Positions 50,741 to 64,000 of a stretch of DNA of 64,000 nucleotides are shown in pieces. The position numbers and the translations under genes are program-made. The DNA comes from Podarcis liolepis (Eukaryota), in NCBI GenBank assembly GCA_965112155.1, contig OZ218111.1. One strand, written 5' to 3'. Under the pieces are notes generated by a model. The model saw only the letters and a list, made by a program, of their open reading frames with translations, made no database searches and was not told where the DNA came from. Within the stretch, counting starts at the first letter, position 1; every line of letters begins with the position of its first letter.

Positions 50741-51523
50741 ACCATGTTTTCGAAATTGAATAAAACAAAACTCCTTTCCCTTTACATTTGTTTCTGAAGG
50801 GAAAGAGGAAACCATATTTCTGGGTTGTGGAACGCCCTAGGATCTTTGGATGAAGGGCTGAATACAAATTTAATAAAAATAATAAAAACAATAATAACAA
50901 TAATAAAATATAATTATGATGGTGGTGATAATAATACAGTAATATCGTATTCCGTGCTCCCAAGACACTCAGAGAAGCTGAGAACTGTAGGTGCAGAATC
51001 CAGCCAACCATGCAATCTCCTTAATGCCTTTTCTTATTATTTTAAATTTATATACTGCCTTTCCATTTCCAGAAGAAATACTATGGTGGCTATCAAACAC
51101 ATGAAGGCCAGTAGCAAAATAATAGGAACAAAACATTTTATACTTATCAAAGCCTAGCAATTATTGAAATTCTGTGTTTTTATTTTATTTTAATGTTGGT
51201 CTATCTAGCCCAGTATTGTCTATTCCCACGATCCCTGACCGCTGGTCCCACTAGCAATGGATGATGGGAGTTGTAGTCCAAAAACAGCTGGAGACCCAAG
51301 TTTGGGAAACCCTGGTCTACACCAACAAACAGCAGCTTGGCAGAAAGATGGTACAGTATATGAATAAAATAACTAAGTATCTTTTCTGTTTCCTGATGTT
51401 GTTGATGTTCTAGGTGTTGTGTGTGTGTGTGTGTTTCCCCCAGGGAGAGATTGTTATTTGCTGAGGCCAAGACAACCAAGACCACAACAGACATCACTGA
51501 AAAAGGACAGCAACTCCCATCAA

Positions 51524-51613
51524 CGTAGCTGTCAACGTTTCCCTTTTTTTAAGGGAAATTCCCTTATTCCGAATAGGATTCCTCGCAAGAAAAGGGAAAA
51601 GTTGACAGCTATG
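51524..51613. mobile_element. 90-bp hAT-type MITE
   Basis: C(G/A)TAGCTGTCAAC TIRs extending to about 22 bp; perfect 8-bp TSD CCCATCAA. Confidence 0.8.
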
Positions 51614-52423
51614 CCCATCAACCTCTCTACTGTGAGGATCCCAAAATTACACTGGCTTGCTATAGTTAGGATTGCTCTGTTAAGTTACTTTCCCAAAAGC
51701 AGCAGATAGATATTTACTTCTGAAGAAGAAAATAAAAGTATGTAACTTTATTAGCGCTTTGTGCACAGAAAAGTCACCAGTTTGGTGTACAGACAAACAT
51801 CATTTTACGCGCCAAATGCAGGAACACAGCAGACAATGTCTAGATGCCTTTAGTCACAACGTCTTATTAGGCTGAAAAACATAAGGACTTTTCAGGGCAG
51901 TCTGCATGGATAACATGACTGATTAAAAAAAAAGAGTCACCACCATGAACAGGAATTTGCAGGCGCACCCTTAAGGCCTTTTAAAAAAACAAAACAAAAC
52001 ATCAAAGGAGACTACAGCGCACAAGCACAAAATAAGCAGACCCCCACCCTTCCTGAGCTGGACTATATAATTGAAGTGTTATGTCCTGCAGTGACTCTGG
52101 GTGCCTTCTGGAGTGTATAAAAATGCTTTAGATTGACTTTTCACAGAGGCATTATTTGTATTCTCCAGACCCATAGATTAGCTATAATTTTTAAAGTAGC
52201 CCCATTGCTTTCGATAGTACCATCTCCATTCACACCAAATCATGCCTTGAAATGGCAAGTAGAGCTTAATTTAGTTGCCGAAATATACATAAACATGCCA
52301 TGGGAGAAGGTGTAGCTCAACGACAAGACAAGGCGCTTGCACGATGAAGGTCCTAGGTGGAGAACCAGTGGCCCACCAGTGGACTCCAACTCCCATCAGC
52401 CCTAGCCAACGGTCAGAGATGAT

Positions 52424-54415
52424 GAGATGATGTAATGTTTTTGATTTTTTTTAAAAAAAAATTACAGTTTTAAAACTTTTCTGTTTAGGTGAGCCCACCT
52501 GGACATGCAATATTAGGCGCATTTGTTTCCAAAACTGTTGGTTTTATCTGTATTTTCACAATTTTATACATCTACTTGCTTTTAAAAGTTTGCTTTTAAT
52601 TGCTGTTTTTAACGGATCATAGAATAGTGGAGTTTGAAGGGACCCCATGGGTCATCTAGTCCAACCTCTTGCAACGCAGGAATCACATCTAAAAATCCCT
52701 GACAATGACCATCCGACCTCTCCAGTGAAGGAGAGTCAGCTTATACTATTTTATGTAAACCACTGAGATTTTCTTCATTAGATCTTGCTAAATAAATAAC
52801 TAGAAGTAAATAAGTTATCACATCCTAGTTTGTGAGGGAAGTGGGAAAGATACATGGAGCAGGGCCTAGATCACGGTGGGGACCCCTGTTCTCTCCTTAT
52901 CAAGCTTATTCTTGCTTGCCTCTCAGGGATACACTTTTCTTGAACCATGCTTTCAGTCTCCCACAGGCCTTTATGTGCTCACAGCTTGTTAAATTGTGGT
53001 CTGCTAATTATCTTTTATCACACATTGTTTTGGTCATTTTATGCGGACTGTTAACATCTCTGTAAAGCCTGGGCAGCTTCCAACAACTAATGGCAGGATG
53101 CTGATACAGTGGTACCTCGGGTTACAGACGCTTCAGGTTACAGACTCCGCTAACCCAAAAATAGTACCTTGGGTTAAGAACTTCGCTTCAGGATGAGAAC
53201 AGAAATCATGCGGTGGTAGCGGGAGGCCCCATTAGCTAAGTGATAGCAGTTCGAAAGCATGTCAAAGTGCATGTAGATAAATAGGTACCACTCTGGCGGG
53301 AAGGTAAACGGTGTTTCCGTGCGCTGCTCTGGTTCGCCAGAAGCGGCTTAGCCATGCTGGCCACATGACCCGGAAGCTGTACGCCGGCTCCCTCGGCCAA
53401 TAAAGCGAGATGATGTAATGTTTTTGATTTATTTATTTTTTTAAAAAAATACAGTTTTAAAACTTTTCTGTTTAGGTGAGCCTACCTGGACATGCAATAT
53501 TAGGCACATTTGTTTCCAAAACTGTTGGTTTTATCTGTATTTTCACAATTTTATACATCTACTTGATTTTAAAAGTTTGCTTTTAATTGCTGTTTTTAAC
53601 GGATCATAGAATAGTGGAGTTTGAAGGGACCCCATGGGTCATCTAGTCCAACCTCCTGCAACGCAGGAATCACATCTAAAAATCCCTGACAATGACCATC
53701 CGACCTCTCCAGTGAAGGAGAGTCAGCTTATACTATTTTATGTAAACCACTGAGATTTTCTTCATTAAATCTTGCTAAATAAATAACTAGAAGTAAATAA
53801 GTTATCACATCCTAGTTTGTGAGGGAAGTGGGAAAGATACATGGAGCAGGGCCTAGATCACCATGGGGACCCCTGTTCTCTCCTTATCAAGCTTATTCTT
53901 GCTTGCCTCTCAGGGATACACTTTTCTTGAACCATGCTTTCAGTCTCCCACAGGCCTTTATGTGCTCACAGCTTGTTAAATTGTGGTCTGCTAATTATCT
54001 TTTATCACACATTGTTTTGGTCATTTTATGTGGACTGTTAACATCTCTGTAAAGCCTGGGCAGCTTCCAACAACTAATGGCAGGATGCTGATACAGTGGT
54101 ACCTCGGGTTACAGACGCTTCAGGTTACAGACGCTTCAGGTTACAGACTCCGCTAACCCAAAAATAGTACCTCGGGTTAAGAACTTTGCTTCAGGTGAGA
54201 ACAGAAATCATGCGGTGGCAGCGGGAGGCCCCATTAGCTAAGTGATAGCAGTTCGAAAGCATGTCAAAGTGCATGTAGATAAATAGGTACCACTCTGGCG
54301 GGAAGGTAAACGGTGTTTCCATGCGCTGCTCTGGTTCGCCAGAAGTGGCTTAGTCATGCTGGCCACATGACCTGGAAGCTGTACGCCGGCTCCCTCGGCC
54401 AATAAAGCGAGATGA
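52424..54415 (+). repeat. Tandem duplication of a ~1-kb unit (52424-53406 / 53407-54408)
   Basis: Near-identical copies (ORF-track twins 52832 and 53819, offset 987); GAGATGA at all three junctions. Confidence 0.92.
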
Positions 54416-55059
54416 GCGCCGCAACCCCAGAGTCGGTCACGACTGGACCTAATGGTCAGGGGTCCCTCTACCTTTACCTCAGGTTAAGAACTGTTTCAGG
54501 TTAAGAATGGACCTCCAGAACGAAATAAGTTCTTAACCCAAGGTACCACTGTATATTCTTTTAAAAGTTGTTTAGTCGTGTCCGACTCTTCATAACCCCA
54601 TGGACCAGAGCATGCTGTGTTAAAAAGTAGTAGTAGTAAAGTGTTCTCTAGCCTAGTTGGCCAACAAGAAAATCACAATCCAATCAGGTGGCAGTGCCCA
54701 CAGGCTGACCCCATTAGGTTTGCATGCTTGTCATTTTCTCCTCCATAAGGAGAAACCAAAAGAAATGCTTCTAAATTTGAAACCCTCCAATAAACCACTG
54801 GCAGCGCCCATCTCAGAGCTCGAAAGATGCTCCTGATTTTTCCAACACCGGTGGGAAAGAGGCAGAGACCTCGTCCTATGCCTGGTTCCTTAGAAAGCTA
54901 TCCCAGATTTCAACAGGACTTCCAAGTAATGTTTGCTGACAGCTGGGAAGCTAAGGTTGCAAAAGGGGGCGGGGATAGATTATGCTCCTTTAATTAAAAT
55001 AAAAATAAAAATCGGGGGTGGGGAATCAACGGGCAGGCTGGGCTGAAAACACAGGCCAG

Positions 55060-56300
55060 AACCATCCCACGTGTGAACCAACAGCCACGGCTCTCCTGCT
55101 CCAAGCGCATCTGCGTGCGTAAAAGTGCAATCGAGCCGGCGGCCACAGCAAGGGCGCCGCCGCCGCCGCCGCCGCCGCCGCCTGTTATACCGGGCGGTGA
55201 CACCGCCTCTTTCCCTTCTCCCACCCGCCCCATCTCCTGCTGGGGTGGAGCCTTCAAGGCAGCAGCGGGCGTGGAGAAGACCGCAGCGTTTAAAACGAAG
55301 GGCGGCGACAGGCCGCACAAAAGATTGCTATAGGCTTACAGGGAGGTTACAGCGGAGGCAACCGGGAGGAAGCATTAAAAAAGAGAGAGAGGAAGGGAGA
55401 AAAGGCAGCAGCAGCAGCAAGAGGCGCGTTGGCTCCGGCGCCCGCCCTTTCCCCAGCCATGAAGGAGCAGCCGCGCCGAGGCAGCTGATAAGAGACCCGC
55501 GGCCGAGGCTGAAAAGAGACTTTGGGAAGTGGAAAGCTGGCGAGCGGGCGGGGAGCCCTCCTTGCGTGATCCCTCCCTCCACCCCGCAGAAGTTGGTGAT
55601 TCAGCCGGGGAGGGTTGGAGAGGAGGAGGAAAAGCCCAGCGAGGAAATATGGTGAGAGAGGAGGCGAAGGGAGGCCGGCTGGGTTCCCGCAGCAGCTGTT
55701 GCAAAGGCCACCCAGCGCCGCCGCCGCCGCCCTTGTTCGAGGGCAGAGCCTGAAGTTCCCCGTCGAGCGGAGATCGGGTGCGCCCACGCCCCTGGAGGGC
55801 CGGCGCCGCCGCTGCTTTTCCCGGGGACGCTGGGCGTCGTGATCGGAGCGCCAAGCAAGGAGAGAGGTAGCGAAAAAGAAAAGCAAAAGCGGCAAGCTAA
55901 GCTGAGGGTTCCTCCCTCCCTCCCTCCTCCCTGCCTTCCCTCTCCACCAGCGGCTGGATCCGGGTGGTGTTGGGGGAGAGGAAATCGTTGCTTTCCGCCC
56001 GCCCTCCTCGCCTTGCCTTCCACGATCTGCCGTGTCCTCTTTTGCACCGGAGGTGAGGTGCGCACGAAACACTTCGGGGCCAGCCTAGCAAATCAAAGCG
56101 GCAACCCTCCTCCTCCTCCTCCTGCGCGCGGCCAGTTCCCCCGGCCACAGCTCCGCCGGGCCACACCCTCTGCTGTTCTTCCTGATAGCAACGGGGAGAG
56201 GAAGAGATGCCTGCCTGCCTTCTCGGGAGCTGTTAAAGGAGCCTATGGCGTTGGCTCGCCTCTTTCCGGGCCACGGGGACAGCTTGGATTGGAAAGGAGT
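55060..56300 (+). promoter_or_regulatory. CpG island, probable TLNRD1 promoter/5' region
   Basis: Very GC/CpG-rich with (GCC)n runs at about 55156-55180 and 55717-55730, upstream of the TLNRD1 CDS. Confidence 0.7.
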
Positions 56301-56800
56301 GAAACGGTAACAGGATCGTCGCCTATTTCAGCCCCTCTTCCCATTTATTTTCTTTTTTAAAAACAACAACAACCATCCCACCCAAACTCTTTTCCTCATG
56401 AATTTAAACGTGCCACTGTAATTTATTCAGCTGGAAACTTTTAAAGATTTTAAATGATTGCTCCTATTATTATTTTTGCAGCAGCTCCATTTGGATTATT
56501 TGCTAATAACGCTTCTCTCCAAAGAACGGTCCATCTGCAGATGGGGAAGGAAAGGGAACGATAATTGATCATGCCGTTGTGGAATTGAGGATCCAGTCTT
56601 CCCAAGAGTCGGGGAACCTGTCGCCTGCTTCCAAGCCTATTAGTTCACTGTGAAAGTGGAGTAGCGTCAGGCTCCCTTTGGATTGGGCTGCTCTCTGGCC
56701 GGCTCCCGCCTCTCCCTCTGGCCCGCAAAGACTTTACTTTTACTTGCGGAGATTAATGGAATGATGGTGCGGAAAAGGCAGAGAGATCCTGCCAGGCTGA

Positions 56801-57946
<1,146 letters not shown>

Positions 57947-58738
57947 TCTTTTCAATTTAGGTATACCTTGGTCACTGCTAACACAAATGTACTTAGGCTC
58001 CCCTCAACTGGCCCTTTGTTTTATGTATACCAAAGAATTTGTGTAGATCAGCCCAGTCTTTTGATTTTTTTAAAAAAATATTTTTTTGAATGGGGGAGGC
58101 AGCAAAAAGATTTACCTTTTAACCTATGTAGAAAGAAATCAGCATTGAGTGGCTGATCATTTGGGGTGAGGGATTGTTAAAAAGGAGAGAAACCATCAAA
58201 GCTTATTCAGTTTCGCATCTTTTATAGAATACATGGTCTACAAACAAGCGAGTGGTAATAACAGTTTTAAGGTTTTATTGAGATTGGGTGGGATGGAGAA
58301 AGGGCCTTAATTGCGCTGGGTGTGCTTTTGAAACTTTTTTCTTTTTCTTTGGTCTTCCAAAATTTCCCTTCTAAATTTTACTGTTCAGTTGTGCAGGAAG
58401 GAAAAAAAAGTTACCTCAGTTTTCATACAGTCTGAAAGAAGCAGAACTTTAAATGATGGATGTAGCTACCTTTTTGTTTTGTTTTTATGTTGGTTTCTGT
58501 ATGGTTACTTTTGAATCAAGTGTTAGGTTAGAAGTGCATTGGCTGTGTCGAGTGGGAAAAGAGTGGAGATTGGATGTGATTTCCAAGCTGGGGGGGAAGC
58601 TACTGTGAGTGTTTTAAAACAGGGGGTGGGGGAATATTACACTCTTAACAAGAAAGTGATTTGGGTTTTTTAATTATTATTTTTCAGTGTCTTTTTTTAA
58701 AAAAAAATCTTGCATGTACTGGAGTATTTATTTCATCT

Positions 58739-58744
58739 ATTAAA
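58739..58744 (+). terminator. Candidate TLNRD1 polyadenylation signal (ATTAAA)
   Basis: ATTAAA about 0.8 kb after the stop, preceded by TGTA/U-rich and followed by GU/U-rich sequence; repeats resume shortly after. Confidence 0.5.
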
Positions 58745-58917
58745 ATGTTGTTTCTCAGATGTTTTTCTATGACTCTTAATACTTGAAATAACAGTTTCCT
58801 TGTTTTGTGCTGTAGGCCTTGATCCAAACGGAGGTGCATAAGTTTGATTTAGGTGGTTCGCAATGTGGCTAAGGAGAACCCTTACCATTTGAATTCTATG
58901 GGGTTCAAATTGCAATA

Positions 58918-59217
58918 CAGTGGTGCCTCGCAAGATGAAAAGAATCCGTTCTGTGATTCTCTTCGTCTAGCGGTTTTTTCGTCTTGCGAAGCAAGCCCAT
59001 TGACGGATTAGCGCTATTAGCGGCTTATCTGCTGACCGGATCAGCTGATAAGCGGCTTAGCGGCTTAGAAAAAGGGGGGGAGGAAAAAACCCCCGCAGGA
59101 ACTCACAAGGCATTGTCGTCTTGCGAAGCAAGCCCATAGGAAATTCGTCTAGCAAAGCACCTCTAAAACTGAAAACTCTTTCGTCTAGTGAGTTTTTCGT
59201 CTTGCGGGGCACCATTG
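58918..59217. mobile_element. TA-MITE, family D
   Basis: TA-CAGTGGTGCCTCGCAAGA...TCTTGCGGGGCACCATTG-TA. Confidence 0.75.
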
Positions 59218-59542
59218 TACCTGTACAGTAAAATATAACATAAGTAATAAGAGAAGCAATGACAAGACAGTTAAAAATCATACAGCGTCTAGCACACTTT
59301 CTTCGGGTTTTCTGCGCTTCTCTCCTTCCTCCCCACCCACCTTGCTTAGGGGAATTTTGTTTTCTAAAAGTTGAATCAGAGAACTCAGAGGTTTTAAGAG
59401 AATATTTCAAAGTGGGGTATTGGTGGCACTGAAGGGTTCAGGTTGCCCTTGACTGAGAATTGGTCTAAGGGTTTCAGTAACTATGGAATTTGCTTGTGCA
59501 AGACGTAGTGATTACCACCGTGTTGGATGGCTTAGACAAATA

Positions 59543-59902
59543 CCGTATTTTTCTGTGTATAACATGCCCCCGTGTATAAGACGCCCACTATTTTTGGGAC
59601 TCCTCATAAAAAAAAAATGGGGGGAGATTGCTTATTTTGGTGGGTTGCCCTGAGTTGATTGCCCAGGGTTGTCAAAAACCGCTCACCTGCCTGAACGACG
59701 CTGCCAATAACACGTGTCACCAAAGCCAACAATCGTCTGCCCGCTCACCGCCAGCAGCCACCAATCACCCACGCAATTGCCGCAGCGGCAGCCGATCGAC
59801 AGCAGCCCTTGCCGCAGCCACCAATCTCCCGCCAAGACAACCCTACATTTTAAACATTGTTTTAGGGGGAAAACCCCTCGTCTTATACACAGAAAAGTAC
59901 GG
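59543..59902. mobile_element. TA-MITE with CCGTATTTT TIRs
   Basis: TA-CCGTATTTTTCTGTGTATAA...TTATACACAGAAAAGTACGG-TA. Confidence 0.78.
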
Positions 59903-60347
59903 TACATGGTTGATAAGGTTAGCTGTGGTTACCAGCCATAGTGACTGTTTACTACCTCAAGGGTTGGAGACAGTGGTACATTTGAGCCACAGTTTCTGGG
60001 GGACATGAATGGGGCTAGTACTGCTGTGCTTGGATCCTGTCTGTGGGCTTCCCATTGGCAACTGGCTGGCTGTTGTGAAAACAGCTCTTGTGTTCTTCAT
60101 TTCACTGAACTCAGTGGAGCTTACTTCAAGGTTGGCATGTGTGTGATTGTGCTGTTGAGAACACGCTCTACAATCCTTTCCACATTTACTGCGAAATAGG
60201 TCTTACTGTGATCAGTGGGACTTTGGTTCTTAAAGTATGTTAGGGATTGCAGCTTTGAAGGAGTACTTGTTAAGGCTGCAATCCCATACCCACTGACAGA
60301 GGAGTGATCCACACTGAAATCAGCGGGACGTGCTTTGAGCAGAATTA

Positions 60348-60607
60348 CCGTATTTTTTGCTCTATACGACTCACTTTTTCCCTCCTAAAAAGTAAGGGGA
60401 AATGTGTGTGCGTCTTATGGAGCAAATGTAGGCTGCGCAGTTATCCCAGAAGCCAGAACAGCAAGAGGGATTGCTGCTTTCACTGCGCAGCGATCCCTCT
60501 TGCCGTTCTGGCTGCTGAGATTCAGAATATTTTTTTTTCTTGTTTTCCTCCTCCAAAAACTAGGTGCGTCTTGTGGTCTCGTGCGTCTTATAGAGCGAAA
60601 AATACAG
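60348..60607. mobile_element. TA-MITE with CCGTATTTT TIRs
   Basis: TA-CCGTATTTTTTGCTCTATA...TATAGAGCGAAAAATACAG-TA. Confidence 0.75.
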
Positions 60608-62266
60608 TATATAGGATTGCATTGTAAACGTGGGCTCCTGTGTGCACATATAGGGAGGAAGAGCCATTGAGTTGGCATGGTGAAAAGGACAGGGTTTTGA
60701 ACTTAGGTTGGGGAGATCTGTGTTTGAATCTACACTTGGCCATGAAGCTCATTAGGTGATTATGGTCCGGTTACCATCTCTCGACGTATCACACAGGGTT
60801 CTTCAGCTAAAATGAAGAGAGAACCAAATCGGATGCCTTGATCTTGAGGAAAGGGTAGAATATAAATGAAATCAATAATAATGGAACTTACTCTTGAGTC
60901 AACGTATATAGGGACAGGCTCCGAAAGTAAAACTCCCAGGCTTTAGTATCATAGTCAATAATACATTTTGTGATTTGATTTGTTCAGGAGGTGTGCTTTG
61001 CTTTATGGTGCTGACATTGGGTTTATATTGCTTTTGAAATTCCATACAGTCTTTTTGGCCCCCTCTGTCCTGAATGTTGACTTGCCTTTTTAGCTAATTA
61101 ATGTTTTGCTCAAAGCATCATTCCTCTCTCTCTCTCCTCTTTCCATCAGTACCTCTCCTTTTCTTTTTAAAGCACATTGATACATTCCTGCTGGAGCCAT
61201 CTAGGGTAGTGCCTTGAATTTTGCATGGAAATTTATTAAGGTGTTTCTTGGGTACTTATCAGGGGTTCCTATGTGAGAGTATCAGTAATGATGGAAAAGT
61301 TTCTCTGAAAGAGCCTTCCCATTGTTCTCAATCTTTACCAGGAATGTGGGTTTCCTGGAAAATTTTGAGTTGGAAGATTTTCTTTTGAAAATGAGTGTAA
61401 TTTGCACTGGAACAATATTGGTTTGCATTGGAAAGTTTTCTGATACCCTAGGGAATTATTTTAGCATGTTTGTTTTACTTGCATTTAGTGTACAAAGCTT
61501 AAAAACCCTTGAACAGCCAAGCTTGCCTAATATTTATTTGCAGTTGGCCTCTGTTCACTATATTCCCTCCATTGTTGCTGGCAGTATGCCTCTGAATACC
61601 AGTTCCTGGGAGTCATAAGTGGAGAGACTGTTGTTGTCCTTAGGTGATGCTTACAAACGTCCCATAGGTGTCCGGTTTTCCACTGTAAGAACACGATGCT
61701 GGACTAGATTAGCCATTTGCATAATCCACTAGATCTCTTCTTCTGTTCTGACTAATGTGCTTACATTTTGGGTATTATTTTTTTCCTGCAGAAAAATAAA
61801 TCCCTAGGAAACTACCCACTCCACATTGTCGGTCTCCACTCAGAGGAGCTTTGGGTGCATTTATAGGGCATGTTCTTAGTGGTCTTATGGAACTGGGCAG
61901 TTCCTTGTCTGACCTGCCTCTGCAGGGGTTCTGTGGCAGGTGCATTTATGTTGAAAGTTTTCCTTAGAGGCAAAATGTGTGCTGTTTTTGTTTTTTTTAA
62001 GCCACTAGTTTAGAGCAACGGAGGCTCCATCTGCACTGTACAATTAGTGCAGCACCATTCCACTATAAACTGTCGTGGCTTCCCCCCAAAGAATCCTGGG
62101 ATCTGTAGTTTTCGTGGAGGTTGCTGAGAGTTGATATTCCCCTCACAGGGCTATAATTATAAGAGTGCTTTAACTGCCAAACCCTCTTCCCTGGAAACTC
62201 TGGGAAATGGGGGGATTTTATTATTTATTTATTTACATATATAATCCACACTTTCCTAATATATAT

Positions 62267-62301
<35 letters not shown>

Positions 62302-63194
62302 TATACAGTGGTACCTTGGTTTATGAACTTAATCCATTCCCAAAGTCCGTTCTTCAACTAAAGCGTTCTTAAACCAAGGCGTGCTTTCCCATAGCATCAT
62401 CAAACTGATGTGGGAAACTGAATTTCAGAAATTAGAAGCTAAAATCTGCATATTTGCTGATCCCTAGTGGTGACTGCACCCATTGCTTGCAATGCAGCCC
62501 CTGGAGGGGTTGCAGTGGGGCAGTATAGCACACCGGTTGAAAAAGGGTAAATGTTACACTCCATAAACTAATTTTCTACTTCACCTGCTGATGTAAAGCT
62601 ATTGGGTAACTTGGTGAGCAGGGCAAGTGGAGGGAGTCTGTGTAAATCATCCATCCATAGCTGCTCACCTGTAGACTTCGGATGTGCCATACAATCAAGT
62701 AGCTATGTGCAGTTCTGAAAAAGGCAGTATTTGTCTGCTTTGGAAGTACTGTAAAACTTTTAGTAACCAAGATGCACCATATTTGTGGGTTTCATCTTTG
62801 TGGTTTGTGTACAGATTCTGAAACTTGCTGGGGGATCAAAATAGTTTGTTGATCTTATTTTTCCGTTTGGAAGCATGTGGCTCATTCCTGTGCTACGATA
62901 CCAAACCCGTAAATACTGTACCCATAGGAAGCTTGTTGGGTTGTTTCTTGTCTATTTGTTTCATCATCTACATATCCTGCCCTTCCAAAGGAGCCTAGTG
63001 TGGCTAAAGAAGAGGAGAGCTATAAGTGTCTCTTTTAAAAAAGCAATTGTTAAATGCAAGAGAATTTGTTTTAGTGTTTGTATAACAGATGGTTGAACAG
63101 GCAAAAACCCAACAGGGGAACCATTTCTCACCACTGCAAATCAATGCCATGCCTATATAGTAATTTCTGCCTGGGGTAGCTGTGTAAAAAGTCC

Positions 63195-63677
63195 TTGTTG
63201 TTGTTTAGTCATTTAGTCATGTCTGACTCTTCATGACCCCATGGACCAGAGCACAGCAGGCACTCCTGTCTTCCACTGCCTCCCGCAGTTTGGTCAAACT
63301 CATGCTGGTACCTTCGAGAACACTGTCCAACCATCTCGTCCTCTGTCATCCCCTTCTTCTTGTGCCCTCCATCTTTCCCAACATCAGGGTCTTTTCCAGG
63401 GAGTCTTCTCTTCTCATGAGGTGGCCAAAGTATTGGAGCCTCAGCTTCAGGATCTGTCCTTCCAGTGAGCACTCAGGGCTGATTTCCTTAAGAATAGATA
63501 GGTTTGATCTTCTTGCAGTCCATGGGACTCTCAAGAGTCTCCTCCAGCACCATAATTCAAAAGCATCAATTCTTTGGCAATCAGCCTTCTTTATGGTCCA
63601 GCTCTCACTTCCATACATCACTACTGGGAAAACCATAGCTTTTAATATACGGACCTTTGTTGGCAAGGTGATGTCTT
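63195..63677 (-). mobile_element. Bov-B (RTE) LINE 3' fragment
   Basis: KVRILKAMVFPVVMYGSESWTIKKADCQRIDAFELWCWRRLLRVPWTARRSN..EKTLMLGK, the typical RTE/Bov-B ORF end; (CAA)n tail. Confidence 0.92.
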
Positions 63678-64000
63678 TAGAAAAAAGTTTCTACCCTACG
63701 TTGAAAGAGAACAGGGCTGTCTATATAGCTGTTTCCTTTTAGAAATATAGAAAGCTGCCTCATACCAAATGAGGCCATTGGTCTATCTAGCGTAGTAATG
63801 TCTGTACTGTCTGGTAGCAGCCCTCCAGGGTTTCAGGCAACGGTCCGTCCCAGTTTTGGCACCTTCTGCGTTTAAAGCAGATGTTCTCCCACTGAGCTCC
63901 AGCTCTTCTCGTAAGTATGGTATATTTAAAAATGCAGTTTAGATAGCTCAGGTTTCAGCTGGGATTATATCGGGTTTACCTGACTTCATTTAATCCAGCT

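Noticed and set aside
52832-54052. Twin 77-aa ORFs that look like a duplicated gene
   Set aside because: GTG-started chance ORFs inside the non-coding tandem duplication
54980-56360. Many overlapping ORFs of 100-240 aa on both strands
   Set aside because: Stop-poor CpG-island sequence with low-complexity Arg/Gly/Pro translations and no recognisable homology
63233-63742. 169-aa plus-strand ORF (and the similar 13231-13587)
   Set aside because: Antisense frame of Bov-B, a common annotation artefact

Overview
Vertebrate genomic DNA, almost certainly a squamate reptile: Sauria SINEs, Bov-B, and young L2 and CR1 elements are present, and a lacertid lizard is plausible but inferred. The window covers the conserved CEMIP-MESD-TLNRD1 cluster. 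On the + strand are the last 18 coding exons of CEMIP/KIAA1199 (5407-37001; 2672 nt, about 890 C-terminal residues), whose exon phases join into one open frame with GT-AG introns throughout. MESD is complete on the - strand (3 exons, 50523->45841, 226 aa, ending KEEL). TLNRD1/MESDC1 is a single-exon CDS on the + strand (56888-57946, 352 aa), divergent from MESD. Introns and intergenic DNA are dense in transposons: Sauria SINEs, Bov-B, L2, CR1, tRNA-derived SINEs, Tc1/mariner-type (TA) and hAT-type (8-bp TSD) MITEs, and four solo LTRs with 5-bp TSDs. I see no evidence of a wholly new gene system. The best second-look items are an overlapping-uORF cluster at the TLNRD1 start, a microhomology-bounded ~1-kb tandem duplication between the MESD and TLNRD1 promoters, a (TG)n tract at the acceptor of an in-frame-skippable CEMIP exon, repeated MITE insertion at an equivalent site of a host repeat, and strong CTCF motifs. 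Gene identities rest on recalled similarity to the human proteins plus synteny, not on a database search.
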